A DNA stretch of 64,000 bases from a virus (Duplodnaviria; Caudoviricetes): positions 1-64,000 of IMG/VR virus record IMGVR_UViG_3300036966_000119, one strand, 5' to 3'. The notes beneath the pieces are model-generated. The model saw only the letters and a list, made by a program, of their open reading frames with translations. It had not been told where the DNA came from and made no database searches. Positions 47,662 through 57,616 of this stretch are shown piece by piece. The translations under genes and the position numbers were made by a program. How positions within the stretch are numbered: position 1 is the first letter of the stretch; each line of letters opens with the position of its first letter.

Positions 47662-49198
47662 TTATTTTGTTTCGTTATCAATAACTACGTCGGGTTCCCA
47701 GTTCATGTGAAACGTATTCAATGCAAGATGTTTTAATTTTTTACTTCTACCTTTCCACCAGAATACATCCAACTGAACAGATCTATCGTATATATCATAA
47801 TACTGACAGACCTTTCCACAATAACGAATACGACCAAACACTTGTTCTGCAGTAATACCACTGACATATGGTGAACATGATATGATTCCAGTAATACCAG
47901 GAATATCAGTACCGGTACCACATGATGCAATCGTGGTTACTATTACATCAGCACGTTTAGCATTCTCATTATCGCGTTTTGAATTCTTTGAGTTGATTGT
48001 CCTTATATCAAGATCATATTGGAATTGATCATCCTTGCCAAGATTCATTTTCAAGAAGTATGCACATTCTTCACACAAATCTATCAGTGGCATGAATAAC
48101 AATATCTTTGCATGTGGGTCTCTTTCATATATGACCTTTATAATGTCTTTGCAACAATTGAAATGTGTTTTCTTTTTATCATATGCAATGACCCATTTTC
48201 CATATGTTGCATTACTCATTCCTCTACCACCAGCAACTCTGTATCTGTATATATTAGGATTGCAATAAGAATTGATTGCTACCGCAACATATTCAACCCA
48301 TTTCTTTGGTAGGTTATCCGTCAATAATGAAGACGGTTTATAGAATAATGCATTAGAGAATACATGTCTGAATATAGCATTCTCATCCTTAGATGATCTA
48401 CCATCAGTAGCCGTTAGATATAGATTTCTTTTTACATTGAAAACCATGTCCATTAATATGGTATCCCTAAATTCAAGATGTGCTTCATCGATTATCTTCA
48501 TACCAATACCAAGGTTCTTTGTTATACGCATGGCATATTCCATCTTTGGTATTCTTTTCATTCCTGCACGGAACGTAGCATGTGTCATCAGATAGACATC
48601 ATAATCATATTCATGTTCATTCTTTGCAATACGACATAACTCTTCTGACGTTGCTATTTCATGAACATATTTTGATGACAATCCAGACATGTTATACAAT
48701 GAATTCAACCATTGTTTTCTCAAAGAATCTCGGTGCATGATTATCAATGTCTTAGCTTTATACTTACACAATCCAACACCGGAGCAATACGTCTTACCCA
48801 AAGCCCGGTTTCTTTACCAGAAACAATTGAGATTGATCTACATTGTTTGAATGATGATTCAAACCAGCAATGAAGTTTATAACGTCAACCTGATCTTCAT
48901 CACGAGGAGCAATGATTTCTTCGTATTCAAAATTCATTTCTCTATAAGGATGATATAGGTCACTTACAACTTCTATGTTTATTAATAATCTCTTAAGATA
49001 ATTAATATCTACTCCTTTGTGCAGATATAATATATCCGTATCAGAGTCATATAAGAAACCCAGAGTTTTCTCTGTTTCAGCAAATTCATCTTCATATGTT
49101 AACATGTTCAATAGTGGCTCCAACATATATGATGCTTTCTCACCAGGATAAACAGTTATCGATGTTGCCTTGATTGTTACTAAGAAACTTTCGGACAT
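47662..49198 (-). CDS. SF2 (DExH) helicase split by a single-base frameshift in Walker A
   Basis: Upstream ORF ends PRDEDQ...KKPGFG*; +1 frame continues GKTY, IIDEAH, LTAT, GTGTDIPG, QVFGRIR. Confidence 0.85.
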
Positions 49199-49243
49199 TG
49201 GTAATCACCTCCTCTCAAATACAGTGTTTTATTTGAACTGTAC

Positions 49244-50059
49244 TTATGAGTTTTCTCGATTCTGACGCTCTTTGTATTCTTTATACACTCTCTTGAATTC
49301 TTTGTCATCGAAACTCAGGCTTCTGATTTCGACACGACCTTTCTGAGGCATATTACTGTATATGGTATTCAACTCTTTCTCACGATCAATACCACCAAGT
49401 ATATCAGCACGTGCTTCCACAGGACACTGATAATACTTTTGTGCCATTAACTTACGACCCTCTACGTCTATACGGTCTTTTTCATCAAGAGTTTCCTCGA
49501 ATTCTTTTCTCCATTTATAATATTCATCATATGCGTCGTTGTCTGGTTTATTTATATTCTTCTCATATTCCTCATAGTTAGCTCCTTCCATGAGCTGAAT
49601 ATGATCAATTACATGACCTGCTTCATGACACGGAGTTACATTTAATAATTCATTTATGATAACAGGAAGCTCACCCATGTGAGAAATAATTTGAGCTCGT
49701 ATTGAATCGAGTTTTATCAATACATCGATTCTGTCTATATGGATGATACCCTTCTTGTCAACATGCCATTCTGTACATGTTACCGCACTCCTTCGTGTCC
49801 ATTTCTCCTGGAACTTCGTAACATGATCTATTAACTCATCACGTCTGATGGCTGCATCTTTTGATGCGGTACGAGTCCACTGAGATATGCAGTGTGTTAA
49901 ATCTGAAATGATATGAACGTTTATTTTCTTTCTGATTCTGGGCGGAATGATATCTTTGTATTCATCCAATTTCTTGTTGAAATTTTTGGCAAACTCGTCT
50001 GCCAAAGCATATACGAAATCCGCCGTATCAGTAATAAGAAAATCATTTTCGTTAGGCAT
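49244..50059 (-). CDS. Zincin-like (HExxH) protein
   Basis: HEAGH plus downstream EARAD. Confidence 0.6.
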   Translation of the reverse strand: MPNENDFLITDTADFVYALADEFAKNFNKKLDEYKDIIPPRIRKKINVHIISDLTHCISQWTRTASKDAAIRRDELIDHVTKFQEKWTRRSAVTCTEWHVDKKGIIHIDRIDVLIKLDSIRAQIISHMGELPVIINELLNVTPCHEAGHVIDHIQLMEGANYEEYEKNINKPDNDAYDEYYKWRKEFEETLDEKDRIDVEGRKLMAQKYYQCPVEARADILGGIDREKELNTIYSNMPQKGRVEIRSLSFDDKEFKRVYKEYKERQNRENS

Positions 50060-50087
50060 TTAAAATCTCTCCTTATAAATAATTTAA

Positions 50088-50116
50088 TATATCCCGGGGT
50101 TGTCCCCCGGGATATA
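50088..50116 (-). terminator. Hairpin after gyrA
   Basis: TATATCCCGGGG-ttgtc-CCCCGGGATATA. Confidence 0.7.
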
Positions 50117-50121
50117 AATTA

Positions 50122-52404
50122 TCATGATAATGTCGCTCTGATTACCTTGATGGCAGGAACGTGCTTAGGTCTCTCAGGGGGTATTGACATTGTTGATATA
50201 GGTAATGTATCAACATGAATTGTTGATGTTCTTGTGTCTGCATGATTCAGTACAATAGTCTGTTCCTTATCGACACAGAATACTGCTATAAGATCATCCT
50301 GAGGTGATAATGTTATTATCGGTTTAGGATCTGCAAACTTCTTTCCTGTTATAAGGAACTTGGAATGATTAAGTCTAATACGACCGAGTCTGGTAACATA
50401 GACTAAATACGGCTTCTTAGAATTAATACAGAACATACCAGATACCTCATAACCAGAGAGAATGAACTGACCAACAGAATCAACTGAGGTAACCTTATTG
50501 AGGTCCTTAGTCTGGATTCGTTTACCAAGTCCGTCGTTTGTGTATATGAGTATATCAGATGTTGTTTTATCAGGTACCTCTAATACAGTCACAATATATT
50601 CATCTGATCCTAATGGAATCAATGGTTTTCTTGTTGCATTAGAAGGTATTCTGGATATTGGCATATACTTTATACGTCCCTTGTTGGTGAGCATGATAAT
50701 GTTATTGCTCTGGTTAGATACAGCAGCAACACATTTGCCCATAACATTCTTACCGATTGATGTAAGTGTCATCGGTTTATCATGAGGAACCTTATGTGTA
50801 TTAACCTTAAGAAATCCACCGAATTCATCTATAAGACAAACCTCGTCTCCTGTCACAGGAGTTACATCAGATGCCAGATGCTCAGGGTTTTCTGTTTCAG
50901 CAAATACGATTCCACCATCGAGAAGTATCTGTACAATACCAATATTGACATTGTCAGATTTACCAAGATTAAGTATCTTGGATTTACGAGGACAACCGTA
51001 TTTATCTTTGATTTCCTTAATTTCTCCTATTATGACATCTTTTATCTTATTAGGATCATTAACGATTTCTCTTATGTAAACTATCTCTTCGTTGATCTGG
51101 TCCATTTCCTCCTGGACTTTCTTGTGTGTTGATGAATTGAGTTCCCATAATCTCTTCTCAGCAACATAGTTTGCTTGAGATGTGGTTACTTCTCCATCGT
51201 ATAATTTCACAAGTGCCGGGATGATATCTTCTTTTGATTTACATGCTCTAACGGTTTTGATTGTCTTATCAAGATTCTTTGGAGACAACATAAACAGTAC
51301 ACCTTTAAGCATATCGAATCTATGAGTCTTCTCAACAAGTTCTCTCAGGAACCATCCTCGTTTATATTCCAAACGGAACTGAATCCATGATGATAATATC
51401 TGTCGTGTATTAAACTTCTTTGTCATGAAGTCTGTATCTACAACAACCATGTTTCTTGTTGATATACCATCGCGGAATCCTGGAACTCGTTTGAACAATG
51501 TATCGAGTATCTTATACAGATTACATGGAGAACAACGAATGACATATCTGAAATCATTTTCCAATAATTCAGATTCATCTTCAGCAGATAATATCTCGGG
51601 TATCTTGTTTGGACTTTCCTGGAGAGCACGTAAATCATTATCAATCTTTTCCAGATACTTAAGATATGGAGTATTCTTAATAGTGATTACATAGTTTGCC
51701 ATATCAAGTTCAAATGAAGACTGCATAACAAATGTGTCATCATTTACTACAATGATATCACATCCCGTAGGCAAATCCGGTACAAGCTTTATCTTAGCAT
51801 CAGGATTCTTCAATAACTTAATAGTTGCATCAGCAACCTCGGACAGATTGAATGGTGGAACCTCTGATGATAATGTATATCCAATACCCGCAGTACCATT
51901 GACAAGAATCAATGGGAACTTTGCAGGAAGACAGAAAGGTTCTGTTGATGTATCATCATACGATGGTTTCATGGATACCTTTCCATCAAATTCATCAAAT
52001 AATGCATCCAATGTAAACTTAGGTAAATAGATATCCAGATATCTTGGTGCGGCAGCATCATCACCAGATGTTACGTTACCTGCATTACCTGTTGCTTCCA
52101 CCAGTGGGATGTTATTTGTAAATGGTTGACACATTCTTGCGATTGTGTCACCAAGACCCTGGTCACCGTGAGGATGTAACTTCATGAGATCACCCATGAT
52201 TACATTTACACGAACCTTTGATGTTCTGTGGAACATGTACATCTGATACAGGAATCTTCTTTGTACAGGTTTAAGTCCATCCTGTACCATAGGAATAGCT
52301 CTCTGGAGATTGATATTAACACCGAACAGACACATGTACCTCATGGCCAGAGGTCCAAGATCGACGTCCGGAATATTCTCATCTCCATATTTGTTCTTTG
52401 CCAT
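50122..52404 (-). CDS. gyrA: Type IIA topoisomerase subunit A (GyrA/ParC)
   Basis: DGLKPVQRR, HPHGD, catalytic AAAPRY, NGTAGIG, C-terminal beta-pinwheel-like repeats. Confidence 0.9.
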   Translation of the reverse strand: MAKNKYGDENIPDVDLGPLAMRYMCLFGVNINLQRAIPMVQDGLKPVQRRFLYQMYMFHRTSKVRVNVIMGDLMKLHPHGDQGLGDTIARMCQPFTNNIPLVEATGNAGNVTSGDDAAAPRYLDIYLPKFTLDALFDEFDGKVSMKPSYDDTSTEPFCLPAKFPLILVNGTAGIGYTLSSEVPPFNLSEVADATIKLLKNPDAKIKLVPDLPTGCDIIVVNDDTFVMQSSFELDMANYVITIKNTPYLKYLEKIDNDLRALQESPNKIPEILSAEDESELLENDFRYVIRCSPCNLYKILDTLFKRVPGFRDGISTRNMVVVDTDFMTKKFNTRQILSSWIQFRLEYKRGWFLRELVEKTHRFDMLKGVLFMLSPKNLDKTIKTVRACKSKEDIIPALVKLYDGEVTTSQANYVAEKRLWELNSSTHKKVQEEMDQINEEIVYIREIVNDPNKIKDVIIGEIKEIKDKYGCPRKSKILNLGKSDNVNIGIVQILLDGGIVFAETENPEHLASDVTPVTGDEVCLIDEFGGFLKVNTHKVPHDKPMTLTSIGKNVMGKCVAAVSNQSNNIIMLTNKGRIKYMPISRIPSNATRKPLIPLGSDEYIVTVLEVPDKTTSDILIYTNDGLGKRIQTKDLNKVTSVDSVGQFILSGYEVSGMFCINSKKPYLVYVTRLGRIRLNHSKFLITGKKFADPKPIITLSPQDDLIAVFCVDKEQTIVLNHADTRTSTIHVDTLPISTMSIPPERPKHVPAIKVIRATLS

Positions 52405-52417
52405 TTATATTCCTCCT

Positions 52418-54223
52418 TTAATTTGAAATGGTTGACAATCTTGCATCCAATTCTTCAAATATCTCTGAGATTGTTGGTTCACCAAACCAGTTAGACATTA
52501 AGGACAACTCATTTCCATTCTTATATGAGTTTACTATAGGACCTGTCATATCTTCATCATGTGGTTTGTTCTTAGAATCATACCACAGGTATTCTTGATT
52601 GAATGAGTGATTAACACATTGGTTGCTTGTGAATACTTGGTTGTTTATTTTACACTTAAACAACAATGACATTGGATCCATATTCATACCCATCTTTGTT
52701 GATGGATAATATGAAGCAGCGTCAGCATCAAGTACACCAAACATTATGTTGTTTATCTTCTTACCATTCAATATTTGTCCGGTTGGCGCATTATGAATAG
52801 TAGGAGCAACAAACGCACCCTTGAATGATGTGTCAAGATTGGGGTCAATTATAAGTTTACATGCCTGAACATAACCTTCATCTTCAAAGATAAATTCACG
52901 AATGTTACGTACGATATGTGTTTCCTGGAAACACTTTGAATATTGGGTTGCGAACATATAAGAACGACCAACCAGTGACTGGAAATCAGCAGCCGCCAAC
53001 TCAATAGCGAACTGCACAACAACGTCTCTGACGTTATATAATATGAACTTCAAAAAGTCTGTGTAAGCAAACTGTCTGAAGGATCCAGATTTAGTTTGTG
53101 TCAACTTATCTATTCCTGCAAGATCTTTACCAACTGATGACAATCCATAACTTCTACGTTCTGCTTGTGATTTTCTTATCATAGCAAACAGTCTCATTTG
53201 ACAAATATAAACTGTGTAAGTTGATGTATGGAACCAATCACGAGAGTTCTTCAATGAGAAGTTATTCGACTTATCCTCAGAATAATATAAATGATCTGTT
53301 TTGAATTCTTTTGGAATCATGAAGTCTCTTGGGTCATAACCAAGATATGAGATACGATTCATCAAATAGTTATCATCAAACTTGGCATTCCAAGATGTCA
53401 TAAACATAGGACGATATTTGTTGATATAATCAAATACTGTCTTAATCAATTTAATCTCATCATTGAAGTCGAAGATATGTAATCGGATATCAAATCCTTC
53501 AAGATACTTTTTATTATCTTCATCTTCTTCAACTATCATCCGTTTGAATTCTTCTTGATGATCAACCATCCAATCAAATTCCACTTTCTGTTTATCCAAT
53601 AACATATGGAACTTAGGATGTATCTTGTGTTTTGGTCTTGGTCCTAATACTAAGACTGCACAGATTTTCTTATGCGGTAATATGATTGTGACCGCATTAA
53701 CTGGTTGAGTTACATCAGTGATATCCTTTGGATCAACAGTCTTATCGATTACATCAATCTCTATATCAAGGAAACCATATGTGACCTGGGATACATCAAT
53801 TTGGTCACCATACTTCTGTAACCACCGGAGTCTAAAATAGACATCCAGTACAAAGTCTGCTTTAAATACCCAAGGACACCTACACATATATTCTGCTAAA
53901 TCATGTGTAGACTTAGTCTTTGAATTTTCATCAAAGTATTTCTTCCATTCACCTCCTATGTTTTGAGCTATTGCTAAAGGTATTTGAGATACTTTGCAAT
54001 AGACTGGATAACACTTATCCATTTCAGCTTGAGAGATTTGATATGTGTTAGTACGATATTCTTCTTTGAGAAACCAGATATCTACTATAGCTTCTTCATA
54101 TTTAACCTCAAGCTGATGTGTTATTGGATCAAGATAGACAACTTCAAAACACTCAGGTTTACGATAATACCTGACATCGAAAAGTATACTACCTTCAGGA
54201 TAATCCAAATCTCTTGGTTTCAT
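52418..54223 (-). CDS. Split family-B DNA polymerase subunit (3'-5' exonuclease plus motif A)
   Basis: ExoI FLDIE, ExoII WNAKFD, ExoIII YNVRD, KGAFV..P and DAASYYPS; ends before motifs B and C. Confidence 0.85.
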   Translation of the reverse strand: MKPRDLDYPEGSILFDVRYYRKPECFEVVYLDPITHQLEVKYEEAIVDIWFLKEEYRTNTYQISQAEMDKCYPVYCKVSQIPLAIAQNIGGEWKKYFDENSKTKSTHDLAEYMCRCPWVFKADFVLDVYFRLRWLQKYGDQIDVSQVTYGFLDIEIDVIDKTVDPKDITDVTQPVNAVTIILPHKKICAVLVLGPRPKHKIHPKFHMLLDKQKVEFDWMVDHQEEFKRMIVEEDEDNKKYLEGFDIRLHIFDFNDEIKLIKTVFDYINKYRPMFMTSWNAKFDDNYLMNRISYLGYDPRDFMIPKEFKTDHLYYSEDKSNNFSLKNSRDWFHTSTYTVYICQMRLFAMIRKSQAERRSYGLSSVGKDLAGIDKLTQTKSGSFRQFAYTDFLKFILYNVRDVVVQFAIELAAADFQSLVGRSYMFATQYSKCFQETHIVRNIREFIFEDEGYVQACKLIIDPNLDTSFKGAFVAPTIHNAPTGQILNGKKINNIMFGVLDADAASYYPSTKMGMNMDPMSLLFKCKINNQVFTSNQCVNHSFNQEYLWYDSKNKPHDEDMTGPIVNSYKNGNELSLMSNWFGEPTISEIFEELDARLSTISN

Positions 54224-54540
54224 TTATGATATTCCTCCTTTGGTTAATTTGAGAAATGATTTTGTTTACAGTACCTCCTTTTCGAAAGAATAATATATCT
54301 ATTTAGAGAATGAATAAATTGTGATCGAACGAAGTGAGATCTTAATTTATTCAATTCGACTCTGGAGGGAGTTTGAGGGAACCAAATTTATGAGGTTCCC
54401 TCAATATTACTGTTTTGATTTTATCTTTTTTAATATAAAAATATAATTCCGGAGAAACTCCGCGATAATTTTTGTTCTCTGGAACAGAGATACAGAAAGA
54501 GAAACCCAGAGAATGATGGCTAAAATAACACACCTCTAAA

Positions 54541-54611
54541 TATATATTATTAATATGAGAAAAGAATAAGAATACGCTTATTCATCTCTCTTACTTTAAA
54601 GGAGGAATTAT
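54541..54611 (+). promoter_or_regulatory. Early-type promoter + leader + strong RBS cassette
   Basis: Matches 47161-47236. Confidence 0.6.
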
Positions 54612-54815
54612 ATGTTAACAAACATGCTTATTTGTTTAATGATTCTTGTGATGTTTATCGTCCTTGGAGCAATCTTCACCAATTCTCCGTTAGGAGATAA
54701 TCTTGCAGGAATCATCACGGTCATTTATATGATTCCAATGTTTATGGTATTATTAACGTTAGCACTCATGGCAACACCGATTCATTGGATTAGCAGGAAG
54801 TTAAGTAACAAGTAA
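54612..54815 (+). CDS. Small two-TM membrane protein
   Basis: 67 aa, very hydrophobic, AAAGGAGG RBS. Confidence 0.7.
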   Translation: MLTNMLICLMILVMFIVLGAIFTNSPLGDNLAGIITVIYMIPMFMVLLTLALMATPIHWISRKLSNK

Positions 54816-54868
54816 GTCGGGGGCCTTGAGCCCCCAATATAATAATTTTTGTAGAAAGAAGGATTGAT

Positions 54869-55111
54869 ATGAAATATAAAGATTTCGATATATCCAAGAT
54901 TCCTTGGGATCAACAAGATGATGATCTCATCTTTGATGATGACGATGAAATCATTGAAGACGAACTGGAAGATGTTCCCATTGGTGAAGAAACCGATGAG
55001 AATACCGAGTCGTATCAATATAATCAAGATACGGCGGACATAACAGACTTGATACCCGAAGAGTATCTTGTCGATGAAGAAAATAAAAAGAAGGATACAC
55101 AGGGCAATTAA
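54869..55111 (+). CDS. Highly acidic small protein
   Basis: 80 aa rich in D/E, RBS, terminal hairpin 55095-55122. Confidence 0.65.
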   Translation: MKYKDFDISKIPWDQQDDDLIFDDDDEIIEDELEDVPIGEETDENTESYQYNQDTADITDLIPEEYLVDEENKKKDTQGN

Positions 55112-55125
55112 GCCCTGTGTATTTT

Positions 55126-56130
55126 TTAACATAAACCGAATTGTTTTCCCAATGCAGTTATTTGGGGTTTATTATTACCTTCATCAGCGTCAAAATCATT
55201 TGATTGATTTGCTTTTGTGTTTACATAGTCTATTGCCTTTGCAACATCAGCATCCACATCTTTTATCTTATTAAGATGGAATGCGAAATTATAGTCAACA
55301 AGAACTTTATCTTGTTCTTTTGATGTAAAACATGTTTCATTGAGTATGTTGTTTACTTCTGTATCATTTTTTGTATTGAAACCGTATGGTGCATTTTCAT
55401 GCATCTTAGCTATCTCTTCTGCTAAAGAAAGAAAACGTTCATCCTTCGTTCCATTTGTTTTTCGGATCTCATTCTGCTCTTTCTTTAATGCCTTGATTTT
55501 TTTGATATATTTACATATCTCATATTCCTGCTTTGTTAAAACTCGTTTTGGCAATTTCATGCTAAATTCCGCATGTATGAAATTATTACCAGTATCACCG
55601 GTTGCTTTCTGTGCTACATTATAACCGGCTATACGATTTATTCTAACAAAGCAAGATTTACTGCTATTATATTTATCGATTATTTTACATAAACGAGCAA
55701 TAGCAATACTCTTTCCATCATATAATCTATTGATAATCTGTTGGATCATATTTGTCCTATGTTTCAATAGATCATTCAATGGATTACACGGTTCACCTTT
55801 TGCTTCCTTTGCTTTTTGAGATGCTTCGAATGCACCGATTATGAGTTCAGTAATTCTGAGGTTGTTATCAGCACCGGATTGTTTATGATTAAGAAAATCG
55901 AATCTGTATGTTCTATATTCATTTTCAACAGGAGCATTATCTGTTGCTGCTTCAGTAAATATAGATTGAGTAGATTCAATCAATTCATTGAAGAATGATT
56001 CTGTTATCATTCTATCATCATGAACATCTTGAATGAATTGCTGCTTATTCTCATAATTATTGATTGTTTCAAATACATCAAGCGATGCTTCGGTGATAAC
56101 ATCGTATATATTGTTTATTGTGTCATTCAC
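55126..56130 (-). CDS. Putative head/virion protein with acidic leader
   Basis: Leader with ITEAS, ITES, IES, FTEA sites. Confidence 0.55.
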   Translation of the reverse strand: MNDTINNIYDVITEASLDVFETINNYENKQQFIQDVHDDRMITESFFNELIESTQSIFTEAATDNAPVENEYRTYRFDFLNHKQSGADNNLRITELIIGAFEASQKAKEAKGEPCNPLNDLLKHRTNMIQQIINRLYDGKSIAIARLCKIIDKYNSSKSCFVRINRIAGYNVAQKATGDTGNNFIHAEFSMKLPKRVLTKQEYEICKYIKKIKALKKEQNEIRKTNGTKDERFLSLAEEIAKMHENAPYGFNTKNDTEVNNILNETCFTSKEQDKVLVDYNFAFHLNKIKDVDADVAKAIDYVNTKANQSNDFDADEGNNKPQITALGKQFGLC

Positions 56131-56181
56131 AAAATCACCTACTTATTTAAATATTTGGGGAGCATATGCTCCCCAAAATAA

Positions 56182-57516
56182 TCATACTTTTCTGATATTT
56201 GATTTGGCAATTGCTGTTGTCACATTCTTACCATCTGAAGATATAACAACCCTGTCACCGTTTACTTCAAGAACCCAGTATGTTGATACAAACTGAGTGA
56301 ACTTCTTGCTTGTTCCGTATACTATAGGATTGATAATCTTTACCTTATCACCCTTCTTGACATCAGGTGTCTTATTAACAACCCAACCAAGACCACTCTT
56401 GAGTTTGCCGTATGTAACACCGTTGATCACTTTGTCTTCCACTATTGTGAATACACCTGTTGAACCAACAGTACCATTTGTAGCACCACCGGCAGTGATA
56501 AACACAAGATCAGTTGACTTCAAAGATACTCTATATTCTTTGAATGGTTCTGGCTTATTAGACTTCTCTTCAACAGCAGTGACCAGTGTCAAATACTTGG
56601 TGTTTATTGGAGACTGGATATTTCTGTTCTTGGCTTCATTAAGACCAACAACTGCTCTGTCGTTTGATATCGTAGAAATATACCAGTTTTCACGTTTTAC
56701 CCATTCAGGTATTCCGCCTCCGTTGTAATATACTGCATCAGAATTGATCTTAACCAAATCACCAACTTTGAATGTTGTGTTGGTTTTTGGTTTGGTTATT
56801 TCGAGTATAACCCATCCTGCACCACTCTTGAGTTTACCATACTTGGTATCACCAACAGTCTTTTCCTCAACGATTGTAAACTTGTTTGATACAGATATAT
56901 CACCAACACGTTTACCACCGGGAGCATCATAGATGTTTGTTCCGGCTGAAAGTGTAACAATTTTTCCTTCAACCTTTGGTGTGTCTTGTTCTGTTGATGA
57001 ATTCAGTAAAGCATTTACCTTATCACACAGATCCTGGGTATGTGCTTTCATCCAAGGTCCTGGACAACATGTTTCATTGAACATGTAATGATATGTGAGA
57101 GAACCGTCTGAGTTTCCTGTGAAGTATAACTTCTTGATGCCGTTTCTCTTGCATATATCAGCACAAAGCTTTATGAGTGAATTGTATGCGGCTGTTCCAA
57201 TAGGCCAACCTGAAGCATCACCATATGCGGAGTTTGATACTTCAATGGTGATAGCACGGTTATCGTTCCATGGTGATGAAGAACACCATGATCTATCCTG
57301 TTCTGGACAGAATAAACCTATACGACCATCGTTACCAATCGCATAGTTTGAAGACATCTGTCTACCAGGATTAGCAACGAGAGCACCAAACTGCTCAACC
57401 GACATTATACCTGCCATGTGATGAACAGTTATTTTTGTTATAGGCTGATTACGAGGTGAATTTCTATTGGGTGAAATTCTTGTGTAAGTAGCCAATGGAG
57501 AATTAGTATATGCCAT
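56182..57516 (-). CDS. N-acetylmuramoyl-L-alanine amidase (Amidase_2) endolysin
   Basis: ITVHHMAG, SSNYAIG, RSWCSS...ND.RAITIE, H..F..T.CPG; two GKLKSG.GW SH3-like modules. Confidence 0.9.
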   Translation of the reverse strand: MAYTNSPLATYTRISPNRNSPRNQPITKITVHHMAGIMSVEQFGALVANPGRQMSSNYAIGNDGRIGLFCPEQDRSWCSSSPWNDNRAITIEVSNSAYGDASGWPIGTAAYNSLIKLCADICKRNGIKKLYFTGNSDGSLTYHYMFNETCCPGPWMKAHTQDLCDKVNALLNSSTEQDTPKVEGKIVTLSAGTNIYDAPGGKRVGDISVSNKFTIVEEKTVGDTKYGKLKSGAGWVILEITKPKTNTTFKVGDLVKINSDAVYYNGGGIPEWVKRENWYISTISNDRAVVGLNEAKNRNIQSPINTKYLTLVTAVEEKSNKPEPFKEYRVSLKSTDLVFITAGGATNGTVGSTGVFTIVEDKVINGVTYGKLKSGLGWVVNKTPDVKKGDKVKIINPIVYGTSKKFTQFVSTYWVLEVNGDRVVISSDGKNVTTAIAKSNIRKV

Positions 57517-57535
57517 AACAATACCTCTCAATGAA

Positions 57536-57616
57536 TTATTCGTCCTCTCCTTTACCGTTGGAGAGTTCCTTGTTTGTTTCTTCTTCTAATGTGATCTCTT
57601 TCTCCTTGTCGTCCAT
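57536..57616 (-). CDS. 26-aa acidic peptide upstream of the endolysin; not in the ORF track
   Basis: MDDKEKEITLEEETNKELSNGKGEDE*, TAATG overlap with upstream stop, GGAGG RBS. Confidence 0.6.
   Translation of the reverse strand: MDDKEKEITLEEETNKELSNGKGEDE

Noticed and set aside
48794-48796. Stop-codon reassignment explaining the split helicase
   Set aside because: The downstream part is in another frame, and TAA, TAG and TGA all end genes normally elsewhere.
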